The notes under the pieces were generated by a model. It made no database searches. It was not told the DNA's origin and saw only the letters and a program-made list of their open reading frames with translations. Shown in pieces: positions 18,682 to 27,700 of a DNA stretch of 61,953 nucleotides. Numbering within the stretch: position 1 is the stretch's first letter; each line of letters starts with the position of its first letter. Position numbers and translations under genes: made by a program. Source of the DNA: a virus; IMG/VR virus record IMGVR_UViG_3300045988_087611; one strand, written 5' to 3'.

Positions 18682-18704
18682 GCGCGGGGGCACAGCCCCC
18701 GCGC
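18682..18704 (+). terminator. GC hairpin after the methyltransferase gene
   Basis: GCGCGGGGG-CACAG-CCCCCGCGC, then ATTCTT. Confidence 0.5.
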
Positions 18705-18732
18705 ATTCTTATGCAGGAAGGAGGAGACGGCA

Positions 18733-19362
18733 TTGAGTAGGCCGAAGAAGGCCGCCCCGGCCTATAACGGGGAGATGTGGGAGCAGATGATCGGAGAGAG
18801 CACCCAGCAGTACGAGCGGTTCTGCCTTTATCGGGATATGCGTTATAAGCCCCCTGACAAGGAGAAAGACCCTCCGAAGCTCGACCTCACCAGCCGGCGA
18901 AGCATCCGGGGCGTGGCGGAGCGCCTGGGCATGGCCCGCCAGACGCTGGAGAGCTGGAGCTCTGCCTTCCACTGGCGGGAGCGGTGCGAAGCATACGACG
19001 CCTATATCCTCGGGCGGCTGCGTGAGAAGAACGAAGCCGACATCCTGAAGATGCGGGAAACCCATGCTTCCTTGGCAAATCAGATGTTGAAGAAGGCGAC
19101 CAGGCGCCTTCTGACCCTCAAAGACGAGGAGATCACCGCCGCCGACATCGTGCGCCTGGTCGATGTAGGTGTGAAAATAGAGCGGTTGAGCCGTGGAGAG
19201 AGTACCGAGCGCCAGGAGATCACCGGGGAGGCCAAAGTCCACCACAGCGGCACCCTGGACGTGACAGCGGCAGGCGGTCTCGACCTCTCCGGGCTTTCCG
19301 ACGAGGAGCTGGGCCAGCTTGAGCAGCTATTGGGCAAGCTACATCCAGAGCCCAGCGTTTGA
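18733..19362 (+). CDS. terS: Terminase small subunit
   Basis: TTG start after AGGAAGGAGGAG. HTH-like SIRGVAERLGMARQTLESWSSAFHW. It lies directly upstream of terL. Confidence 0.65.
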   Translation: MSRPKKAAPAYNGEMWEQMIGESTQQYERFCLYRDMRYKPPDKEKDPPKLDLTSRRSIRGVAERLGMARQTLESWSSAFHWRERCEAYDAYILGRLREKNEADILKMRETHASLANQMLKKATRRLLTLKDEEITAADIVRLVDVGVKIERLSRGESTERQEITGEAKVHHSGTLDVTAAGGLDLSGLSDEELGQLEQLLGKLHPEPSV

Positions 19363-20818
19363 CCCGGAGGCGCTGCAAGCCGCCATCCGTAAAGAGAAGG
19401 CGGAGCGCAGCTTATCCGATTTCATCCGCCAGGCGTGGCCGGTGATCGAACCAGGCACAGAGTACATCGAGAACTGGCACACTGACCTTATCAGCGAATA
19501 CCTCCAGGCTGTGAACCTGGGACAGATCCACCGCCTGATCGTCAACATCCCGCCCCGGCACATGAAGTCCATCCACGTCACCGTCTGCTATCCTGTGTGG
19601 ACGTGGCTGCGGGCGCCGGCCAAGCGGTTCATCAAGGTTTCTTACAGCGACGCCCTCTCCCGGAAGCACAATATCCTTTCCCGTGATATTATCCGCTCCC
19701 CCTGGTATCAAGGGAACTGGAGCGATAGATTTAGCCTGAAGGACGATGTGAACCGGCAGAACGAGTTCCGCAACGACCACCAGGGCATGATGATGTCTAC
19801 CTCCGTCGGCGGCTCTCTGACCGGCGAAGGCGGCGACGTTATCATCATCGACGACCCGCAGAACCCCCTCATGGCGAACAGCGAAACGGAGCGACAGAAC
19901 AGCATCAACTTCTTTAAGAACACGCTCCAGACCCGTCTAAATGACCCCAAGAACGGCGCCATTATTATCATCATGCAGCGCCTTCACGAAAGCGATCTGA
20001 CCGGCTACGTCCTGTCGGAAGACCTGGGGTACACCCACCTGTGCCTCCCGGCGGAAGCCGAGGAGCGCAGCACCATCATCTATCCCATCAGCAAGAAGAA
20101 GGTCGTCCGGGAGCCGGGCGACCTTCTGAACCCCGCCCGCTTCGATAAGGAAGTCCTGGACAGCCTGAAGCGGAGCATGGGCTCGGCGCAGTACGCCGGC
20201 CAGTTCCAGCAGACTCCGGCTCCGGCGGAGGGTATCATATTCAAGCGTGAATGGATGAACAACACCTTCACGGCAAAGAGCCTCCCACACCAGAGCATAA
20301 TAATCCAATCCTGGGATATGGCCTTCACCAAAAGCGAAGGCAGCGCCAAGGTGGCCGGCTTCGTCCTCTCCCGGGCCGGGAGCAATATCTATATCCGTGA
20401 CCTGGAGAACGACAAAATGACCTTCACGGAGAGCGTTGCGGCCGTCCGCCGCCTCTCTGGCAAGTGGCCGAAGGCCCGCGCCAAGGTGGTGGAGAACAAG
20501 GCCAATGGGCCTGCCATCGTTGACCTGCTGAAGAAGGAAATCCCCGGCATGGTGGAGTTCAACCCCAAGGGCAGCAAGGAGGAGCGGGCCATATCCGTCA
20601 CTCCCTATTTTGAGGCCGGAAACATCTGGTTCCCAGACCCCAAGGATGCCCCCTGGGTGAACGACCTGATCCGTGACCTTCTGATTTTCCCCAAGGGCAC
20701 CTTCAAGGACACCACAGACGCGCTGGTGCAGGGTATCCTCTACCTGATGGATAAGCCCACCACCTCCGCCCCGCCCAAGGACATCACCACCACCCGGAAG
20801 AGCTACTGGATGAAATAA
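19319..20818 (+). CDS. terL: Terminase large subunit
   Basis: 499-aa ORF. ATPase region LIVNIPPRHMKS, Walker B-like VIIIDDP, C-terminal nuclease-type region. Start (TTG 19319) uncertain. Confidence 0.8.
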   Translation: MSSYWASYIQSPAFDPEALQAAIRKEKAERSLSDFIRQAWPVIEPGTEYIENWHTDLISEYLQAVNLGQIHRLIVNIPPRHMKSIHVTVCYPVWTWLRAPAKRFIKVSYSDALSRKHNILSRDIIRSPWYQGNWSDRFSLKDDVNRQNEFRNDHQGMMMSTSVGGSLTGEGGDVIIIDDPQNPLMANSETERQNSINFFKNTLQTRLNDPKNGAIIIIMQRLHESDLTGYVLSEDLGYTHLCLPAEAEERSTIIYPISKKKVVREPGDLLNPARFDKEVLDSLKRSMGSAQYAGQFQQTPAPAEGIIFKREWMNNTFTAKSLPHQSIIIQSWDMAFTKSEGSAKVAGFVLSRAGSNIYIRDLENDKMTFTESVAAVRRLSGKWPKARAKVVENKANGPAIVDLLKKEIPGMVEFNPKGSKEERAISVTPYFEAGNIWFPDPKDAPWVNDLIRDLLIFPKGTFKDTTDALVQGILYLMDKPTTSAPPKDITTTRKSYWMK

Positions 20819-21025
20819 TCGCCCAAAATAGACACCAGAATCTTGTAAAATTATGTATAATTTTATTGGGCCCTGTGGGGAGGTGACGAGATTTCGGTGG
20901 AACCCCCAAAACGGCAGCGCCTCCACCGTCAATGCGGCGGCCGTGGAATAGAGATGGCTGGCTGGTGAAATATGCCCAATCAGCGGCCGGCCCTCCCTGG
21001 ACTTACGATAGGAGGAACCGCACCA

Positions 21026-21187
21026 ATGAAAAACGACAGATACATCATTTCTATTGCTGCCGACGAAGACCCTGCCATCTTCTCCAAGAAGGCCAAAGAT
21101 GGCGCCACCGTGACCATGATCACCGCCCGGACGTTTGAGGAGGCCACCGCCCTGTATGAGCAGGCGGCCGCCGAGAACGCGGAGTAA
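21026..21187 (+). CDS. 53-aa hypothetical protein (paralog of 21588..21749)
   Basis: ATG at 21026 after TAGGAGGAA. ISIAADEDP...DGATVTMITARTFEEA parallels the second copy. Confidence 0.45.
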   Translation: MKNDRYIISIAADEDPAIFSKKAKDGATVTMITARTFEEATALYEQAAAENAE

Positions 21188-21194
21188 AAGCGAA

Positions 21195-21220
21195 GGGGGC
21201 CCCGAATTGGGCCCCCGTTT
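21195..21220 (+). terminator. Terminator-like hairpin
   Basis: GGGGGCCC-N6-GGGCCCCC followed by GTTT. Confidence 0.5.
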
Positions 21221-21237
21221 CTCCTTGAAATTCGATG

Positions 21238-21266
21238 TTGACTTGTAGCGGGCTACATGGTAGAAT
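21238..21266 (+). promoter_or_regulatory. Promoter of the RHH/antirepressor module
   Basis: TTGACT (21238-43), 17-bp spacer, TAGAAT (21261-66). Confidence 0.7.
21244..21257. promoter_or_regulatory. Palindromic operator 1 TGTAGCGGGCTACA (fills the promoter spacer)
   Basis: Arms TGTAGC/GCTACA are perfect inverted repeats. Confidence 0.65.
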
Positions 21267-21280
21267 TGTAGCAGGCTACA
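21267..21280. promoter_or_regulatory. Palindromic operator 2 TGTAGCAGGCTACA (immediately after the -10)
   Basis: Same arms as operator 1, 23 bp centre to centre. Confidence 0.65.
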
Positions 21281-21288
21281 AGGAGGCG

Positions 21289-21468
21289 ATGCACTTGGCC
21301 GACAAGAGCAGAGCCGAGTATTTCCGCGAAAGACGGAAGACCATGAAGTCCTTTAATGTGATGCTCAAACGGGAAAAGGTCGAGGCCCTGGAGGCCAAAC
21401 TTAAAGCCGAAGGCAGAACAAAGGCAGAGTGGTTGGACGAAAAGGTGGATGAAGAGCTCGGCAAATAG
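21289..21468 (+). CDS. Ribbon-helix-helix repressor (Arc/Mnt/CopG-like)
   Basis: ATG at 21289 after AGGAGG. KSFNVMLKREKVEALEAKLKAEGRTKAEWLDEKV is a strand-helix-helix. It sits just downstream of a promoter flanked by twin palindromes. Confidence 0.6.
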   Translation: MHLADKSRAEYFRERRKTMKSFNVMLKREKVEALEAKLKAEGRTKAEWLDEKVDEELGK

Positions 21469-21587
21469 GAAGGACGCCCACCGTCCCTGACAAAGACCTG
21501 GTGAGCGCCCTCCATAAACAACAACCCCGAAGGATTGATAAATCCATTCTATCAGACCTCCGGGGGAATTTCAAGGAGGAAAAATAG

Positions 21588-21749
21588 ATGGAGGCACGGT
21601 ATTATATTACCATTTCCCCCGACGAGGAGCTCCACACCTACACCCGCCAGGCCGAGGACGGCGCGACCGTGGTTCTTATCACGGCGCCCACCTTTGAGGC
21701 CGCCGCCGGCGCCTATCTGGCGTTTACCGGAGGGAGGGTGCTGGCATGA
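21588..21749 (+). CDS. 53-aa hypothetical protein (paralog of 21026..21187)
   Basis: Not in the ORF track. RBS AAGGAGGA. ITISPDEEL...DGATVVLITAPTFEAA. Confidence 0.45.
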   Translation: MEARYYITISPDEELHTYTRQAEDGATVVLITAPTFEAAAGAYLAFTGGRVLA

Positions 21750-21973
21750 CCGCGAGAGAAACTATCGAGGCCGAGCTGAAGCAGATGGTCTTTGACCTTC
21801 TCCATGAGCAGGATATGGACGATCTGAGGGACGGCGAGAAGAAAGCCCTGCCCCATATCTCCGCCGCCGAGCAGGCCCACATCCTGGACAGCACCCAGTC
21901 CACCGCCTGGAGGAATGAGATCGAAAAGGCGGCCACGTTCAGCCGCCTTCTGAAAGGAGATGCAGAGCCGTGA
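21746..21973 (+). CDS. Hypothetical acidic protein
   Basis: 75-aa ORF, ATGA-coupled. Confidence 0.4.
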   Translation: MTARETIEAELKQMVFDLLHEQDMDDLRDGEKKALPHISAAEQAHILDSTQSTAWRNEIEKAATFSRLLKGDAEP

Positions 21974-22728
21974 ATGGGCTCCAGGTATTCAGCTATAATG
22001 ACCACAGTGTGAGAACTGTTAAGCAGGATGGCCAGCCCTGGTGGGTGCTGGCCGATGTGTGCGATGTGCTGGAGCTGAAAAACCCCGCAAGAGTGGCCGC
22101 ACGTTTGGACGAGGACGAAAAGAATACCCTAACTTTTGTGAAGGGTATTCCTGGCCCCGGAAATCCGACTATGACCATCATCAACGAACCGGGGCTATAT
22201 TCGGTGATCCTGCGGAGCAACAAGCCGGAGGCGAAAGCCTTTAAGCGGTGGATTACCCATGAAGTTCTCCCCACCATTCGCGCCACGGGGGCCTATGGAG
22301 CCCCGCAGGCAGCCCCCGCAATAACTGATGCCTTGGAGCGCATGACGGGTGTTGTGGAGGCGCTGGCGAGCCGCATCGAGGCGCTGGAACATCAGGCGCA
22401 GGAAGTCCCCCGGGCAGAATTGATTGCCCCCCCTGACCTCAGCATTCCGCGAACTACCCGACGCCACTGGATGAGGAAATTCAACGAGAAGCTGGAAACG
22501 CTGGAATATAACTTCAATCTCTCAAAGCCGGCCATTCTTCGCCGCCTCTACGATATGGTAGAAAAGAAGTTTGACACCGTGCTGGACGAAGAGCGGTTCC
22601 GATATATTGAGAAAACCGGCCAGGAAGAGTGCTCTGTACTCGAAATTATCTATCGAAATGAGCAGTATAGAGCCTATTTCCAGCACATTATCGACCAAAA
22701 GCTGGGGCCGGAATATTGGGATTGGTGA
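21970..22728 (+). CDS. Bro-N domain antirepressor-like protein
   Basis: LQVFSYNDHSVRTVKQDGQPWWVLADVCDVLEL...INEPGLYSVILRSNKPEAKAFKRWITHEVLPTIR is a canonical BRO N-terminal domain. Confidence 0.8.
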   Translation: MNGLQVFSYNDHSVRTVKQDGQPWWVLADVCDVLELKNPARVAARLDEDEKNTLTFVKGIPGPGNPTMTIINEPGLYSVILRSNKPEAKAFKRWITHEVLPTIRATGAYGAPQAAPAITDALERMTGVVEALASRIEALEHQAQEVPRAELIAPPDLSIPRTTRRHWMRKFNEKLETLEYNFNLSKPAILRRLYDMVEKKFDTVLDEERFRYIEKTGQEECSVLEIIYRNEQYRAYFQHIIDQKLGPEYWDW

Positions 22729-22732
22729 ATGC

Positions 22733-22767
22733 GAAAGGGCTGGGGGCCATAAGCTCCCAGCCCTTTC
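22733..22767 (+). terminator. Terminator after the antirepressor gene
   Basis: GAAAGGGCTGGG-loop-CCCAGCCCTTTC. Confidence 0.6.
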
Positions 22768-22782
22768 TGTCCGGAAACGCGC

Positions 22783-22822
22783 CTGTAATTCTGGTGTAAT
22801 TGGAGTGTAACAAGGGTGTAAT
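22783..22822 (+). repeat. Four (G)TGTAA(T/C) direct repeats in exact 11-bp phase
   Basis: Copies start at 22783, 22794, 22805 and 22816. They are followed by the inverted pair TGCGTTAC (22822-29) / GTAACGCA (22840-47). Confidence 0.8.
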
Positions 22823-23051
22823 GCGTTACCTTTTCGCACGTAACGCACATGAAATCTGGTGTAGCATTTCTGTGTAATTTGGTAATCGCTCGACGAAATT
22901 TCATTCGGATTTTTTGAAGGAGATTATTTGTTCACACAGGCAGAATGATATGGGTATTTGAAGACAGAGTTGTGTGCAAAAAAGTGTGGAAATGTTGATA
23001 AAATCCCGCAATTCTTTTCTGAAATAGAAACTTTTATGAAAGGGATTAGTG

Positions 23052-23089
23052 TGTAACGCACTTGTAACGCACCAGTAATCCGAAGTTAC
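23052..23089 (+). repeat. TGTAACGCAC x2 plus GTAAT and GTTAC, 11-bp phase
   Basis: Copies at 23052-61 and 23063-72, GTAAT at 23075, inverted GTTAC at 23085. Confidence 0.8.
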
Positions 23090-23093
23090 GCGC

Positions 23094-23165
23094 CTACCTA
23101 ACCGTACCTAACCTAACCTAACCTAACCTACCATACCATACCTGACCATACCTAACCTACCAGAC
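23094..23165 (+). repeat. Degenerate pentanucleotide tract (CCTAA/CCATA)n, ~14 units
   Basis: cctac ctaac cgtac ctaac ctaac ctaac ctaac ctacc atacc atacc tgacc atacc taacc tacc. Confidence 0.85.
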
Positions 23166-23265
23166 CCAGGGGAAGTTCCTCTTTGCCCACTGAAAAGCCG
23201 TGGGCGGTAGCTGGGTGTGGCCTGGGCATTTTCGATACCGTGAACAACAGAACACCGCCAGTCCG

Positions 23266-23292
23266 ACGGCCGCCGCTTGGTGGCCGTTTTCT
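23266..23292 (+). terminator. Terminator-like hairpin with a U-tract 13 nt before the portal RBS
   Basis: ACGGCC-N10-GGCCGT followed by TTTTCTT. Confidence 0.45.
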
Positions 23293-23318
23293 TATACGCT
23301 GGAGAAAGGAGGAAAAGC

Positions 23319-24728
23319 GTGGCTACTTTGCGTGAAATCGGCCGGATAGGACAAAACCGCTGGGGCGGTGTCTTCCGGGAAGAGTTCTTGACGGAGCTCC
23401 AGGGCCGCCGGGGAGTCCAGGCGTTCCGAGAGATGTCGGAGAATGACGACATCGTGGGCGCTATCCTATTCGCCATTGAGATGCTGATTCGGCAGGCCGT
23501 GTGGGAAGTGCAGCCAGCCGGGGACACGGCCAAGGACAAGGAGGCCGCCGAGTTTGTGGAGAGCTGCATGGATGATATGGCCGACACCTGGACGGACACC
23601 ATCGCGGAGATCCTGTCCTTCCTGACCTATGGCTGGAGCGCCCACGAAATCGTCTACAAGCGCCGGGTCGGCCGGAGCAACGACCCCCGGCTCCAGAGCA
23701 AGTATGGGGACGGCCTAATTGGCTGGCAGAAGCTGCCCATCCGGGCCCAGGAAACCCTCTATGAGTGGCGCTATGACGCCCGGGACAACCTCATGGGCCT
23801 GGTGCAGATGCCACCCCCGGACTATGGCCTGATTGAGATACCTGTGGAAAAGCTGCTGCTCTTCCGCACGAAGAGCCGGAAGGGCAACCCGGAGGGGCGC
23901 AGCATCCTCCGCAACGCCTACCGGGATTGGTACTTCAAGCGGCGCATCCAGGAAATAGAGGGCATCGGCATTGAGCGCGACCTCGCCGGCCTCCCGGTGA
24001 TCACCGCGCCGGAGGGGTTGGACATCTGGGACACAGAAGACCCGGACATGGTGACGGCCAGAGCCCAGGCGGAGCGGATTGTGCAGAACGTCCGGCGGGA
24101 CAGCTTGGAGGGGCTGGTAAAGCCCTCAGGCTGGACATTGGAGCTGCTGTCCACCGGCGGCCGCCGGCAGTTTGACACCAACAGCATCATCGACCGCTAC
24201 GACAGCCGCATTGCTATGACGGTGCTGGCGGACTTCGTGCTGCTGGGGCACCAGAACGTGGGCAGTTTTGCCCTGTCCAGCGACAAGACCAAGCTCTTCG
24301 GCACGGCTATCGGGGCTTACCTGGATATTATCTGTGAGGTCTTCAACAACCAGGCAATCCCCCGGCTCATTGACCTGAACGGCGAGCACTTCCGGGGTAT
24401 CACCGATTATCCGGAAATGACCCACGGCGACGTGGAGAGCCCCAACCTCGCCACCCTGGGCACCTTCCTGCGGGAAGTCACCGGCGCCGGCATCCTAATC
24501 CCGGATGAAGGCGTGGAGGACTATGTACGCCAGGCCGCCAACCTCCCGGAGCGCATGGAAGACTACGGCACACAGCTCAACCAGCAGAACCGGGAGCGGC
24601 AACAGCCGCCCAAAGGCCAATCTATGAAGCCAGCCGCCGGCCAGGAGGAAGACCAGGATGGAGAACTCCCGGACGATGAAAAAGACGCCGTAGAGGCCGC
24701 CAAACGGCGCCTCGGGAGGTATGATTGA
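23319..24728 (+). CDS. Portal protein (Mu gp29/DUF935-like)
   Basis: GTG at 23319 after AAAGGAGG. About 470 aa, located upstream of the MuF gene. Acidic C-terminal tail. Confidence 0.75.
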   Translation: MATLREIGRIGQNRWGGVFREEFLTELQGRRGVQAFREMSENDDIVGAILFAIEMLIRQAVWEVQPAGDTAKDKEAAEFVESCMDDMADTWTDTIAEILSFLTYGWSAHEIVYKRRVGRSNDPRLQSKYGDGLIGWQKLPIRAQETLYEWRYDARDNLMGLVQMPPPDYGLIEIPVEKLLLFRTKSRKGNPEGRSILRNAYRDWYFKRRIQEIEGIGIERDLAGLPVITAPEGLDIWDTEDPDMVTARAQAERIVQNVRRDSLEGLVKPSGWTLELLSTGGRRQFDTNSIIDRYDSRIAMTVLADFVLLGHQNVGSFALSSDKTKLFGTAIGAYLDIICEVFNNQAIPRLIDLNGEHFRGITDYPEMTHGDVESPNLATLGTFLREVTGAGILIPDEGVEDYVRQAANLPERMEDYGTQLNQQNRERQQPPKGQSMKPAAGQEEDQDGELPDDEKDAVEAAKRRLGRYD

Positions 24729-27700
24729 TGCGGAAACTCGCTGTGATGAAACGGGCCCGAGTGCGTCCCATCCTAAAGGCCAAGAAGAGCCAGGGCGCCC
24801 AGGATGTCCTTGACCGCCTCAACGCCTTCCTCAACGCTGCGGAGCCCGAGCCGGTCTACTGGCTTACCAGGCTGTGGAACGACCAGCAGCAGGCCGTGAC
24901 CTACAAGGAGCTGCGGGAGGCTATCCAGCAGGGCTATATCGACGAGAAGACCCTGGCGGCCTGGCAGGCCGACTACGCCAACTTCGTCAATGAGCACCTG
25001 AAGGGCATCTGGCAGGATGCGGCCAAAGCCGCAAACGCCGCCCTGGAGGCCCAGCACCCCGATTTCTTCTATGACCCTATGGGAGAAGGCATCCAGAATT
25101 GGACGGCCACCCACGGCGCCGAATGGGTAACGAATATCTCGGACGACCAGCGGGAGGCAATCACCAGCATGATCGACCGGGCTACGACCGGGGCATGGAC
25201 AGGCGACGAGCTAGCCCGTGCCATCCGCCCCCTAATCGGGCTCACTAAGCCCCAGGCTCTCGCCAACCTGAACTACTACGAGCACCTGAAGGCGACCCTG
25301 CTGGCGAATAACCCAACCATGAAGGAGGCCACGGCCGCCAAAGCCGCCCGGGACGCAGCGGCCAAGTACGCCGCCAAGCAGCACCGGCAGCGGGCCTATA
25401 CCATCGCCACCACAGAACTCGCCTACGCCTACAACAAGGGCGCCGACGATGGAATCATCCAGGCCCAGCAGCAGGGCTTCATCGGCAAGGTGAAGCGCGT
25501 CTGGAGCACCGCCTACGACGACGGTGTGTGTGAGATATGCTCGGCCCTGGAAGGCCAGGAAATCGACATGGATGGGGAGTTTGACTTCAAGGGAAAGAGC
25601 CTATATGCCGGCCAGAAGAAGACACCGCCGGCACACCCGCGCTGTCGGTGCGCCGTGGAATATCGGGAGGTGGAGCCACCAGAGGTAGAGCAGCAAGAGC
25701 CGGAACAGCCCCCTACCACCTGGGGGGATCCCCCGGAGCAAGACCTCCCGGAGCCGCCGTCTCCTGTGGCTGCCCCAAGTATTCCCATCCCGTCCGGCAT
25801 GACCTATCAGGGCAAGCCAAATCTGGGCGGCACCGGGGAGATGCACCTATACCGGGACGGCGCCGGCCAGGAGTGGCTATTCAAGCCGGCCCAGACCAAG
25901 AGCGGCTCCCCTGAAGCCTTCCGGGCCTATGTCCAGGAGGCCGGCTATAAGGTGCAGTACATCGTTGACCCAGATACGGCCGTTCCTGTCGGCGTCGGGG
26001 AGCTGGGTGGCAAGTTCGGCGCCTTCCAGAAGCGGATCACCACCATCGGCAGCGCCACGGACTATAAGGCATGGCAGCACAGCGGCGGCCACCTCCCAGA
26101 CGGCTCCGCGCAGCAGTTCCAGCGGGAGCATGTCACTGACTGGCTCCTGGGGAACTACGACAGCCACGGCGGGAACTTCGTCACCGACAGCTCCGGCCGT
26201 CTGGTGGGCATCGACAAGGAGCAGTCCTTCAAGTACATCGGCAAGGACGGCGCCCAGGCCATGAGCTACGCCTTCCACCCCAACAAGAGCTACGGGGAGA
26301 CGGAGCCCATCTATAACACCATCTATCGCCGGTTCGCCAAAGGTGAGCTTGACCTTGACCTCCAAGACACCCTTGCTTATATCAAGCGCGTGGAGGCCAT
26401 TCCTGACAGCGAATATCGGGAGATATTCAGGGACTATGCCGAGGCCCTGCATGGCAAGGGCAAAGAGGCCGAGGCTCTGCTGGACGCCATTGTGGAGCGG
26501 AAGGACAACCTTCGGGAGACCTACCGGGCCTTTTACTCCGACCTCCTCACCGAGCGCACCGGCCGCAAGCAGATATTTACCTGGGCCGACGAAGTGGCCC
26601 AGCAAGCCAAGCAGCCCCTCGCGGCTGTCACCCATTCCGCTGATGCTCTGAAGAAGATGAATGTGGCGGAGCTGAAGCAGCTCGCCAAGCAGAAGGGAAT
26701 CCCGTACTACAACAAGTTCAACAAGAAGGAGCTGATCGAGGCCATCTCCGACCCGGTGAAGGCCGTGGAGATCAGCGCCAAGACCAAGGCCAAGCTGCTG
26801 AACCTGGAGGCCACTCGCCCCGAGCGCCTCGGCCGGACAACGGAGAAACCGCCCCGGCCACCCCGCACCGGCGCAGTTGACGCCGGCGACCTGTTTCAAG
26901 ACTTCGGCCAGATCCCGCCGCAGCGCATCGGCGTCGCGGTATCCAGCGACGAGGGCATGGTGGAGGGCCTGAATCTGACCGCCCGGAAAGTCAACCTGGA
27001 CGGTCAGGATGTCTATGAAATCACCGGGAAGCTGGCCGAAAGCACCTGGTCGCAGACCTGGGACACCCTGAAGAAGCAAAGCAAGGTAAAGCAGCTAACC
27101 TTCGAGCAGGCAGACGATACCCTCGCCCTGCTGGCCTCCCGGCCAATCAATATGCACGGGGTAGAAATCAAGGCCCGCACCATGGAGGATTCCGGCGGCA
27201 CCTTCCAGCTCTATGTTCACAACGGCTCCCAGCAGTACAACGCCTGGAAGGGCTTCTTCCGGCTTCGGGTGCCGGCTACCGGGAACGGAGCAGCCGACGC
27301 CAAAGCGGCCAAAAATCTCCTTGACCGGGCCGGCCTTTCCGGCCTGGCCTCTACTCCGACAGCGGAGGCCGAGGCGATATTCAAGAAGAGCCGGCTCCTC
27401 TGGCAACATGCTCCCGGGCGGATGAAAGAGCTGAAGGGGTTGCAAGGCGGCGCTTTGGAGAGTACACTAAACACAATCCTTCAGGAAGAGGGCATCGACC
27501 CGGGCAGAGCAGAGCACATGGTCATGCGGAAGGTGTTCGACGGCTATCAGACCCTTGTTGAGGAGGGCATCAGCGCCGAGTACCAGAAAGCCGGCCTGAA
27601 ATATCTATGGGCCGGCGTGCGAAGGCCGGAGGCCCTTGTCGGAATTCTGAATGGGAAGGGTTTCATGTCTACCAACACCCGCTGCCTGTATGGAATGGAC

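Noticed and set aside
20932-21138. 68-aa ORF MRRPWNRDGW... and the longer 71-aa version of the 21026 gene starting at 20972.
   Set aside because: There is no RBS at those starts. A strong TAGGAGGAA precedes the ATG at 21026, and the paralog at 21588 supports the 53-aa form.
22522-22904. Two overlapping minus-strand ORFs (108 and 76 aa) in the terL-portal gap.
   Set aside because: They have no RBS, span the terminator and the phased repeats, and have odd composition. The region is better read as non-coding regulatory DNA.
23094-23165. (CCTAA)n = (TTAGG)n as an arthropod telomere fragment or eukaryotic contamination.
   Set aside because: The tract is only ~70 nt, degenerate, and embedded seamlessly between phage genes with phage-like flanks. 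There is no evidence of a chimeric junction.
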